The notes below the pieces were generated by a model. The model was given only the letters and a program-made list of their open reading frames with translations. It was not told the origin of the DNA and did no database searches. A stretch of DNA of 64,000 nucleotides from positions 5,498 through 69,497 of the forward strand of contig WRBH01000003.1 of NCBI GenBank assembly GCA_009784665.1, given 5' to 3'. The position numbers were made by a program, and so were the translations under genes. Shown here one piece after another: positions 1 through 7,079 of this stretch; position 1 is the first letter of the stretch, and every line of letters starts with the position of its first letter. The stretch comes from Bacillota bacterium. GTDB lineage: Bacteria; Bacillota; Clostridia; Christensenellales; UBA1242.

Positions 1-288
1 ACATTGTCGACTGGTACTTATTCACCCAAGAACCCTTATATCGCAAATTTGCTGCTACCTGTGATGGGGCATCATATGTTGAATGCATTGTCGACAAAGG
101 GTATATTCGTTGGGTTGGGGTCGGCATGTTCTTCCCGAGCTACAAAAAATCGAACAATGCTGGCAATGGGGCTGACCGAGAAACAATCCAAGAACATTAT
201 CCGCGTCAGCTTCGGGCGATACAATACGCTTGACGAGGTCGAGGGGTTCCTGAAAGAACTTGCAAGTTCGCTGGAAGAGTTGTTATAA
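1..288 (+). CDS. cysteine desulfurase (NifS/IscS-like class V aminotransferase), C-terminal fragment; 5' end lies outside the window
   Basis: The frame is open from base 1. The translation has a GLGSACSS active-site Cys loop and an IRVSFGRYNT...EVEGFL tail. Stop TAA at 286-288. Confidence 0.8.
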   Translation, partial: TLSTGTYSPKNPYIANLLLPVMGHHMLNALSTKGIFVGLGSACSSRATKNRTMLAMGLTEKQSKNIIRVSFGRYNTLDEVEGFLKELASSLEELL

Positions 289-289
289 T
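260..289 (+). promoter_or_regulatory. sigma-A type promoter, leaderless start at 295
   Basis: TTGCAA(260-265)-18nt-TATAAT(284-289); ATG 5 nt downstream. Confidence 0.55.
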
Positions 290-294
290 AGACC

Positions 295-672
295 ATGTTT
301 AACAGAAATCAATTTGCGTATGACTCAAAGAGTGGTGACCTAACAATGCATATCCCAAGCCATATGGTATCTCTTGAAATAAACGAGGAGGATTTTGATA
401 ATCCAGGCATCCAACATTATGCAAGCTATCTTATTACCAACTATCCTGCAAACAAGGACAGAATCCTCAGATACATATACAATGACTTGAAGGAGTTTTA
501 TAATTACATCCCTGAGGCGGAATTTGTCCAAAAAGTTGGAAATCCAACAATCAGTATACTAAGTGACAACGACGCCGAATTCGTGTATCTAGAATCGCAA
601 TTGGACGAGCACCTGATAACCCTAGAGGTCACGGGCAACTATGAACTCTCCTATGTAACATGTGATGGCTAG
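295..672 (+). CDS. hypothetical protein (125 aa)
   Basis: Intact ORF with a promoter directly upstream; I recognise no motif. Confidence 0.6.
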   Translation: MFNRNQFAYDSKSGDLTMHIPSHMVSLEINEEDFDNPGIQHYASYLITNYPANKDRILRYIYNDLKEFYNYIPEAEFVQKVGNPTISILSDNDAEFVYLESQLDEHLITLEVTGNYELSYVTCDG

Positions 673-674
673 TA

Positions 675-703
675 TTGACAATTTCTATGGTTTGTGGTAA
701 GAT
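675..703 (+). promoter_or_regulatory. sigma-A type promoter, leaderless start at 709
   Basis: TTGACA(675-680)-17nt-TAAGAT(698-703); ATG 5 nt downstream. Confidence 0.6.
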
Positions 704-708
704 ATTGT

Positions 709-1038
709 ATGACATCACAAGAATGGGGAAATGACTTGGAGGATAAGGTCAGATTCAAGACTAAAGTATTTTTTACTGCAATAAAGCGGTCATTTGACAA
801 AGAGCAGAAATTAGGCAAGCTGAGATACATCAAAAACTATTGCAAAGATGCTCAAGAACTTTTTGAAGTTCTCACATCACAAGTCAAGATGGAAATTGGT
901 AAAGATGGTAGGGAAATATTTCATGCCGACGATAATGGCAAACTGATTATGCGACAACCAAGTCTGTTTGATAAAATGTTGGCTAGAGAGCAAATCGCGA
1001 ATAGAAGGGGAATGGCGAAAGAATTGGGGGAGTATTAA
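709..1038 (+). CDS. hypothetical protein (109 aa)
   Basis: The ORF-track start at 694 (GTG) lies inside the promoter spacer. The first ATG at 709 fits the leaderless spacing. Confidence 0.6.
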   Translation: MTSQEWGNDLEDKVRFKTKVFFTAIKRSFDKEQKLGKLRYIKNYCKDAQELFEVLTSQVKMEIGKDGREIFHADDNGKLIMRQPSLFDKMLAREQIANRRGMAKELGEY

Positions 1039-1090
1039 ATCAGTCAATGAATCATGCCGCCCGCTGCGAAAACCCTGTTGAAGAATTCTC

Positions 1091-1119
1091 TTGACAAGAC
1101 TCAACATGTGCGTTAAAAT
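1091..1119 (+). promoter_or_regulatory. nusA promoter (leadered transcript)
   Basis: TTGACA(1091-1096)-17nt-TAAAAT(1114-1119), followed by a 52-nt leader with SD AGGAGG at 1161-1166. Confidence 0.6.
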
Positions 1120-1171
1120 TGTGGCAATACTAAGGCGGGCGTGGGTCCGCTTTTACTTTGAGGAGGTAAGT

Positions 1172-2242
1172 ATGATGAAGAGTAAAGAATTTTTCGCCGC
1201 ATTGGAACAAATGGCGGGCGAGCGTAACATGACAATCGAGGAAATTATCGCGGACTTTTCCGAGGCTCTAACTATTGGGCTGCGTAAAATGTTCGGCGAA
1301 GGGCGTGGAGTTCGTGTTGAATTGGATCACAAGAAGAACACAATCAAGGTCACCGCATACCGTGTGGTTGTCGACACAGACGATGTCGAGGACTGGGAAC
1401 GCGAAGTATGCTGGTCAGAGGCCAAGGAAATCAAGCCTGACTGTCAACCTGGTGACATTATCGAGGAAGAAGTTAATCTGAAGGACTTAGGTCGTGTTGC
1501 GGCAATTACCATGAAGCAATTTATGAACCAAAAAAACCGCGAGAGGACACGCGAATCTGCGTTGCAAGAAATTAACGCCCGTGCTGACCAAATTATCACC
1601 GCACGAATTACAAGGGCCGACAGGGATAGTTATCATTTGGAAATTCCAGGCAGTTCTATCGAAGGAATTTTGAACACTCGTGGACAAATCCCGGGGCAAG
1701 CACACCGAGTCGGCGAATTTATCAAGGTATATGTAAACCCAACATTTGACGACCGCAGAGGCGAAATTTATGTTACCCGTTCAACACCGCAATTTGTTAA
1801 AGCGTTGTTTGACCTGGAGGTTCCAGAGTTTGGCCGTGGCGAGGTTATCGTCAAGGCAATTGCAAGGGAAGCGGGCTACAGGACAAAATTATGTGTGACC
1901 AGTGAAGTCGAGGGTATTGATCCAATCGGGGCCTGCGTCGGTTCAAAAGGCAGCCGTATTCAAAATGTTCTTGCGGAACTGGGCGGTGAAAAGATAGACC
2001 TTATTCCATGGTCTGATGAACCTCTGGAATTCATCGCTGCGGCCCTAAGCCCATCACCAGTAGTCAGTGTCGAGGCTGTCGAAGGTGAACAGCGTGCTAG
2101 GGTAATCGTTCCAAACGACAAACTGTCCCTAGCCATCGGAAAAGGCGGTATGAATGTGCGTCTTGCGGCGAAACTGACTGGCTGGAAAATTGATGTTCTG
2201 TCTGAAGAAAAAGCCGCGGCAATGGCGGCGGAAAACAGCTAA
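1172..2242 (+). CDS. nusA: transcription termination/antitermination factor NusA
   Basis: Has an S1 domain plus two KH domains (GACVGSKGSRIQ, LAIGKGGMNVRLAAKLTGWKIDV). SD at 1161-1166. The 1091 start in the ORF track falls on the promoter. Confidence 0.95.
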   Translation: MMKSKEFFAALEQMAGERNMTIEEIIADFSEALTIGLRKMFGEGRGVRVELDHKKNTIKVTAYRVVVDTDDVEDWEREVCWSEAKEIKPDCQPGDIIEEEVNLKDLGRVAAITMKQFMNQKNRERTRESALQEINARADQIITARITRADRDSYHLEIPGSSIEGILNTRGQIPGQAHRVGEFIKVYVNPTFDDRRGEIYVTRSTPQFVKALFDLEVPEFGRGEVIVKAIAREAGYRTKLCVTSEVEGIDPIGACVGSKGSRIQNVLAELGGEKIDLIPWSDEPLEFIAAALSPSPVVSVEAVEGEQRARVIVPNDKLSLAIGKGGMNVRLAAKLTGWKIDVLSEEKAAAMAAENS

Positions 2243-3895
2243 CTAAAACGGCAATTCATCCTCTGGTTCTGGATTATAAATCGCTGCGGTTTGATAGCTG
2301 GATTGTTCTTGGGTCGCTTCGGCAATCTTTTGATAAACTTGATTTGCTTTTTCAAAAATTTCTTTTTCTTGGGTATGGTCCTTGAATAATTCATTAACCA
2401 ATTGGTTCAACTCCTCAAAATTATCTCGTCCTATAAATGATGCCAGACTGAATGGGCTGCCATTCAGTACCGCGTCTATTACTTCTTCCCGATAATCGCG
2501 GACAAGAGGGGCCAGAAGTTTTCGGCAGGACTGACCGTACCCAGATATTTTACTATCTGATTTTGTTCGCTCTTTTGGTTCAAGCAAGTATACCCCTTTT
2601 GACATCAGGTACGCCCTAGCCTCCAGTGCAAATGTATCCGTCAATATCTCGTTTAGGATTTCGAACTCTCGTTTTTCCGTATTTATATCGTTATTCTTCG
2701 CATGAAAGATGTCTAATCCAGCACTCCTGTTAAATGTATTAGTAGCAATATGGATAAGCTCGTGCAAGATGGTGAACATCAAATTACCAATAGGCACGAG
2801 CCCAGAAGATAGGGTAAACATCATCAGGGCTGGTTGGGTATTCATCATACAGGTTTTGTTCCTGGAAACATTCTCATATATATTCTTATAAAGTTCTCTA
2901 TTGTTTTCTGGAGTAACGCCAATTTCCTCACACATGGTTATAAAGTCGGGGCGCATACTAATAACCTTTCGCTGATAGTCCTCTCTATAGGATTCACCCA
3001 ATTTATCTATCTTTTCAAATTCTTCTTTTGAAGGGATTATGTCGGAGTATTTCTGCAGCAGTTCCATATGCTCCAAAACCTCTTCCCGTGTTTTTGGACT
3101 TTTGATTCTATTCTCTTCAAGAATTTCCAGCTTTTGTAAAAAATTTCGCTGTAGCCAAATCACAGAACTAACACTGGATGGATCCTGTTCACCTGAATCA
3201 AGGAACTTTTGTATCTTGTCCATCGCGTCCCCGTCAAATCGTTCAAGATCGGTCGAAAAAACACCCGCATGCATTTGCCCGAGTAATATTTCTTTGTTTT
3301 TCTCGGGGCCCATATTGAATAACTTTCTTAACCCGCTGGGCAGCAGAGGGAAAACATCTTGGAAAAATCTTTGATGCAGCCCAGCGTGTATGAAATCTCT
3401 CCGATCTTGTTCTGCAGCGGCGTCATCATGGATGTCGTTAAAATTCTCTCTATATTCAAGTGCCTTTGCATGATATTCATCGCCCAGTTGCTTGAACCAT
3501 TCATTTTTAATTCCTTTCTCATCATCGGGTCGGTTTATGGCCGCATAGTCATACCAAGTGCTTGATCCAAAATTTCCAAAAATTGAGGATATCAAGTCAC
3601 TTGGCTTGCCATGCCATTGGCCTGCATAATCCACCCAATTGGTGTGAAACGATGATGTGTCAAGGCCAATCTTTTCTGCCAGCTCGTACGACATTTCTTG
3701 CAATTTCATATTGTATACCGCGTCTGCATGTTGCTTCAGACCGAGAGGGTCTTGATAGCATGCGGTAACGAAGTTATCCAACTTGTGGCGAATCTGACCT
3801 GCATATTGCTTTCCGAATACCTTCGTCAGGGCCTCTGTCACCGCGGGAGTGCACTCACGGATTTTCTGAGGGGTAATTTCAAGGTCAAAGTCCAT
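2243..3895 (-). CDS. hypothetical protein with HExxH zinc-metallopeptidase-like motif (550 aa)
   Basis: Motif FTILHELIHIATNTF with a downstream EILNEILTD. SD GGAGGTGA lies just upstream of ATG 3895. It overlaps the upstream cistron by 11 nt. Confidence 0.7.
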   Translation of the reverse strand: MDFDLEITPQKIRECTPAVTEALTKVFGKQYAGQIRHKLDNFVTACYQDPLGLKQHADAVYNMKLQEMSYELAEKIGLDTSSFHTNWVDYAGQWHGKPSDLISSIFGNFGSSTWYDYAAINRPDDEKGIKNEWFKQLGDEYHAKALEYRENFNDIHDDAAAEQDRRDFIHAGLHQRFFQDVFPLLPSGLRKLFNMGPEKNKEILLGQMHAGVFSTDLERFDGDAMDKIQKFLDSGEQDPSSVSSVIWLQRNFLQKLEILEENRIKSPKTREEVLEHMELLQKYSDIIPSKEEFEKIDKLGESYREDYQRKVISMRPDFITMCEEIGVTPENNRELYKNIYENVSRNKTCMMNTQPALMMFTLSSGLVPIGNLMFTILHELIHIATNTFNRSAGLDIFHAKNNDINTEKREFEILNEILTDTFALEARAYLMSKGVYLLEPKERTKSDSKISGYGQSCRKLLAPLVRDYREEVIDAVLNGSPFSLASFIGRDNFEELNQLVNELFKDHTQEKEIFEKANQVYQKIAEATQEQSSYQTAAIYNPEPEDELPF

Positions 3896-4223
3896 CGCTC
3901 ACCTCCGAAACAAGTTTGTCAATCTGTGCGGTCAAGACATGAAACCCAGGTGGGTATGTCGCATGTCCTGATACCTCGTGCGATAACATCTGGCCTTCAA
4001 AGATACTAATTTTCCAGCCCTCGCCATCCAATTGTGTGGTGTCCGTATACTCGCCCTTCCATCTTCGCGTTATTGAGATTAAGTGTTGGGCGAACTCCTC
4101 TGCGTATGGTTGTTCCAACGACCACGCTCTACCGTTATATTCCACAAAGCATTCTTCGCCTGTAGCAATACGGAACAGGAAAGTCTGTCCTCGAACACGC
4201 CGTTCCATTCTGAATTCGGTCAT
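3885..4223 (-). CDS. hypothetical protein (112 aa), first cistron of a 2-gene minus-strand operon
   Basis: The start was moved to Met27 (4223), which lies 8 nt downstream of a minus-strand TACACT -10. The longer ORF would run across the divergent promoter. Confidence 0.6.
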   Translation of the reverse strand: MTEFRMERRVRGQTFLFRIATGEECFVEYNGRAWSLEQPYAEEFAQHLISITRRWKGEYTDTTQLDGEGWKISIFEGQMLSHEVSGHATYPPGFHVLTAQIDKLVSEVSDGL

Positions 4224-4224
4224 C

Positions 4225-4254
4225 TTGACAAAGTGTATCACTTTTTGGTATAAT
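4225..4254 (+). promoter_or_regulatory. sigma-A type promoter, leaderless start at 4260
   Basis: TTGACA(4225-4230)-18nt-TATAAT(4249-4254); ATG 5 nt downstream. Confidence 0.65.
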
Positions 4255-4260
4255 CGGCAA
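4232..4260 (-). promoter_or_regulatory. sigma-A type promoter, near-leaderless start at 4223
   Basis: Minus strand TTGCCG(4260-4255)-17nt-TACACT(4237-4232); ATG 8 nt downstream. Confidence 0.5.
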
Positions 4261-5378
4261 TGACGAAAAAATGGGCAATAGGCAGATTGGCGAAAACTCA
4301 TATGATTGATCTAGCCAGTGACAAGTTCGCAAATCTGACTTTGGCACAATTGGGAATTGGTAATATAACACTTGATAATGTCGGGATAGAGGCACCCGAA
4401 GCAAAGAAAAGACTGATCCAATTCTTCGGTGCAAACAAGGCACAGCAGGGGTTGCAAAGTATCCCAGACGACTTGCGTTCGGAGGTTCTGCGGGAAATTG
4501 CAAGAGGTCATGGCAAAAAAACGACAGACATTCCACATTACAGCAGAACGAAAAGACGGAACATAGCAGATTGGACTGACGAGGATACTATCTCATTGCG
4601 TTTAGCCAGGCATGATGTCAACGGAGAAATATCAAACGAGTCGTTGTTTCGTGAATATGACATCATTGACCAAAGATATTTAATCAACAGGGCAGATGTG
4701 GACATATCTTCTACCTTGCACAATCTGTATCACGCGAAACTGGCAACAATGAATAAAGGAACCCTTAGATACCAGGAAAAAGCTGACTTGATACGAATAC
4801 TGGATTTGCTGAAAATTCTTAAAACTTATGACGCATCTGTTTTAATCTCGAATGGTCTTATAAATTTTGCAGACCTAAACATTGATGCGACACATAATTA
4901 CCTAGAGGAAGGTGCAATTTCAAAACGCGATTTCGAGGCAAGAAGCCAATTTTTCACAGACATGAAAGGTGGTATAGGTAGTAAAAGTGACATGCCAAAA
5001 ACATATGAAGATGCCCTGCATAGAGTTGCCTCCATACGACAAGTCGGCGTTACCGATGGGAACAGCGGTGCGGGTTCAATCCTTCTACGATTTGTTAACC
5101 TACTGCCTACTGATATCTCGCATGACCAGGCAATGGAGGAGTCGCGAAAGATAATGAAGTTGATGGAGGCGGGATTTTGGAATAAAAGTAACTTTTCAAT
5201 AGGAAGGGGACCAATAAGATTCGAGGTTGGAAAAGACGACCCCGAGGCAACCCATGCTCTTGGGGCGATGGTCGGGCGTTCTATGGGGGAGCCCAATATA
5301 TCTGATTACCTTGTCAATCCAACATTGGTCCAGCTGCAATCGCAACTCCCTCCTTCTCAAGGCTTGACGATAACTTGA
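4260..5378 (+). CDS. hypothetical protein (372 aa)
   Basis: Long intact ORF that begins exactly at the predicted transcription start; no recognised motif. Confidence 0.7.
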   Translation: MTKKWAIGRLAKTHMIDLASDKFANLTLAQLGIGNITLDNVGIEAPEAKKRLIQFFGANKAQQGLQSIPDDLRSEVLREIARGHGKKTTDIPHYSRTKRRNIADWTDEDTISLRLARHDVNGEISNESLFREYDIIDQRYLINRADVDISSTLHNLYHAKLATMNKGTLRYQEKADLIRILDLLKILKTYDASVLISNGLINFADLNIDATHNYLEEGAISKRDFEARSQFFTDMKGGIGSKSDMPKTYEDALHRVASIRQVGVTDGNSGAGSILLRFVNLLPTDISHDQAMEESRKIMKLMEAGFWNKSNFSIGRGPIRFEVGKDDPEATHALGAMVGRSMGEPNISDYLVNPTLVQLQSQLPPSQGLTIT

Positions 5379-5392
5379 TTTAGAGGGATAAT
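5364..5392 (+). promoter_or_regulatory. sigma-A type promoter for ylxR, very short leader
   Basis: TTGACG(5364-5369)-17nt-GATAAT(5387-5392); ATG 5403 is 10 nt downstream. Confidence 0.5.
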
Positions 5393-5402
5393 AAGTCTGA
5401 TT

Positions 5403-5657
5403 ATGAAAGATCAAAGCAAAGAAAGAATCTGTTGTGTGTGTCGCAAGAAAGACTTGGCATCGACACGAATCAGGGTCGCCCGAATCGACGGGCAGTTTAT
5501 TGTTGACAAGGTCGGCAATGCCAACGGTCGCGGAGCATATGTATGCATTCCATGTGTCCCAGAGGCGGTAAAAAGGAAAGCATTTAACCGGTCGTTCAAG
5601 AGTCCAGTTCCGCAGGAGGTGTATGATTCTCTTCTTGCGTCTTGTTCCTACCAATGA
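5403..5657 (+). CDS. ylxR: YlxR/RnpM family (DUF448) RNA-binding protein
   Basis: RICCVCRKK...RIRVARIDGQFIVD...GRGAYVC motif pattern. It occupies the classical position between nusA and infB. Confidence 0.85.
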   Translation: MKDQSKERICCVCRKKDLASTRIRVARIDGQFIVDKVGNANGRGAYVCIPCVPEAVKRKAFNRSFKSPVPQEVYDSLLASCSYQ

Positions 5658-6387
5658 TGGACGGGTCAAAACGCTTGCGTTTGCCTTCGAACAGCATGCG
5701 TGATTCTGCCAATCGCCACTCTTCCACCTTGATACCTTCAAGGCATAGATAGATTAAATCTTCATACTGCAAAATCATGTCCTCGGGCGAGTTATCGTGA
5801 ACTTTGTTGAAAGAATTCTCGACCATTGCCTCACGAAGCGTCCTAAGCAATTGCGGTAGGTCATGAGGTGTTTCCTGTTCATGTAGATACGCCCCTTCGG
5901 GTTTAGCAATTTCTGGGGCTACTGCATCATGGTGCAATTCTTGGAAGTTTTCGATAAAGGCGACCAGCTTCAAGACCTCTGGGTAGGTAATCCTTTTACC
6001 ATGCGAGTGGACTTGAGTAATCAAGGGGGAATTACTCTTTAGCAAGACTCTCTTTGCGAATGTTCTATTTTCTGGCCCCATGTCAGAGGGATCGATATCG
6101 TGTAGTTTAAGAAAGTCCGAAATACCATGTATGATATCCGTTGGTTCGGTAATATACACAATATGTTGAGTCCCTTCGTATGCCGACACATAAGACTGCC
6201 AACCATTAGGGGTTTCAGTCTTCCACCCGGTATTATATACAAGCCTAGATTGTCCTTCGGGATCCGTAATCACAAATAGCCTCTGGGAGTAAGGGTTTCT
6301 CTCCATGTCGAAGTTAGTTCGTGATGACATATAGCTATTAAAGTCAGCTTTGTTAGCAGGGTGATTTTTGTGCCTATATTTTTTCAC
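5596..6387 (-). CDS. hypothetical protein (about 263 aa)
   Basis: The in-frame GTG at 6387 lies 5 nt downstream of a strong minus-strand promoter. ATG 6330 is an alternative start. The 3' end overlaps the ylxR 3' end by 62 nt. Confidence 0.6.
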   Translation of the reverse strand: MKKYRHKNHPANKADFNSYMSSRTNFDMERNPYSQRLFVITDPEGQSRLVYNTGWKTETPNGWQSYVSAYEGTQHIVYITEPTDIIHGISDFLKLHDIDPSDMGPENRTFAKRVLLKSNSPLITQVHSHGKRITYPEVLKLVAFIENFQELHHDAVAPEIAKPEGAYLHEQETPHDLPQLLRTLREAMVENSFNKVHDNSPEDMILQYEDLIYLCLEGIKVEEWRLAESRMLFEGKRKRFDPSIIGRNKTQEENHTPPAELDS

Positions 6388-6392
6388 TGAAA

Positions 6393-6422
6393 ATTGTACC
6401 ACGACCAGTCTATGGAAGTCAA
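6393..6422 (-). promoter_or_regulatory. sigma-A type promoter, leaderless GTG start at 6387
   Basis: Minus strand TTGACT(6422-6417)-18nt-TACAAT(6398-6393); GTG 5 nt downstream. Confidence 0.5.
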
Positions 6423-6427
6423 GATTG

Positions 6428-7018
6428 TCAAAAATCGAGCGAGTGATCAACACCGTCAATATTGCGGGCAAGTAGCTCGATTGGTTCGACTCTGTGAAAA
6501 TTTGTGATTGCCTCAAATAGGCGCATAGTCAACTCGGCATCCTTTACGCTTTTAGACCAGTCATTACAAACTTTTTCCACAGCCATTGCATTGCAGGCAT
6601 CTCTTAGCGATATCCCGTATTTTGCATGCCACGGCATTTCAGATTTATAGATTTTTTGGACATCAAAGCTGGTTAATTCAACCCTTGGCAACCGATGCCA
6701 CTTGGTCGAGTATTTAAGGAAGTTATAGTCCGACGGAGTGCTGAAGGCGAAATTGATATATGTTGGATCCTCCAGCACTTCGACAACTCGGGGAAAGTTC
6801 CGGAGGAATACAGCAGGGTCAGCGACAAGTTGTAATAATTTTTTCTTTTGTTCTTTGCTGGATGTGTCTCTCAGTCGTTGTGCCAACTCGGGTTTTATAA
6901 GCAGGTCTTGCTTGTCTGTAATCTGGAAATCCGAATTCGTTCTGACGATACCAATTGACGAGGTCAGTGCAGTTCCTTTGTGGTTAAATGCACCTATATC
7001 AAAGAACTGAAACTTCAT
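6428..7018 (-). CDS. hypothetical protein, DEDD (DnaQ-like) exonuclease fold with degenerate catalytic motifs (196 aa)
   Basis: Exo I-like FFDIGAFN (Glu replaced by Gly), Exo II-like FSTPSDYNFL, and Exo III-like SKSVKDAELTMRLF (His replaced by Ser). Confidence 0.55.
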   Translation of the reverse strand: MKFQFFDIGAFNHKGTALTSSIGIVRTNSDFQITDKQDLLIKPELAQRLRDTSSKEQKKKLLQLVADPAVFLRNFPRVVEVLEDPTYINFAFSTPSDYNFLKYSTKWHRLPRVELTSFDVQKIYKSEMPWHAKYGISLRDACNAMAVEKVCNDWSKSVKDAELTMRLFEAITNFHRVEPIELLARNIDGVDHSLDF

Positions 7019-7023
7019 TTAAA

Positions 7024-7053
7024 ATGATATCATAAAACCCTTGCAAAAGTCAA
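7024..7053 (-). promoter_or_regulatory. sigma-A type promoter, leaderless start at 7018
   Basis: Minus strand TTGACT(7053-7048)-18nt-TATCAT(7029-7024); ATG 5 nt downstream. Confidence 0.55.
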
Positions 7054-7069
7054 TGAAATGAAATATAAT
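7041..7069 (+). promoter_or_regulatory. infB promoter, very short leader
   Basis: TTGCAA(7041-7046)-17nt-TATAAT(7064-7069); ATG 7080 is 10 nt downstream with no SD. Confidence 0.55.
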
Positions 7070-7079
7070 AGTTAATTAG

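Noticed and set aside
1091-1171. ORF-track start that would add 27 aa to NusA.
   Set aside because: Codon 1 of that ORF is the TTG of the promoter -35 (TTGACA 1091-1096). The AGGAGG SD at 1161-1166 and the conserved NusA N-terminus support 1172.
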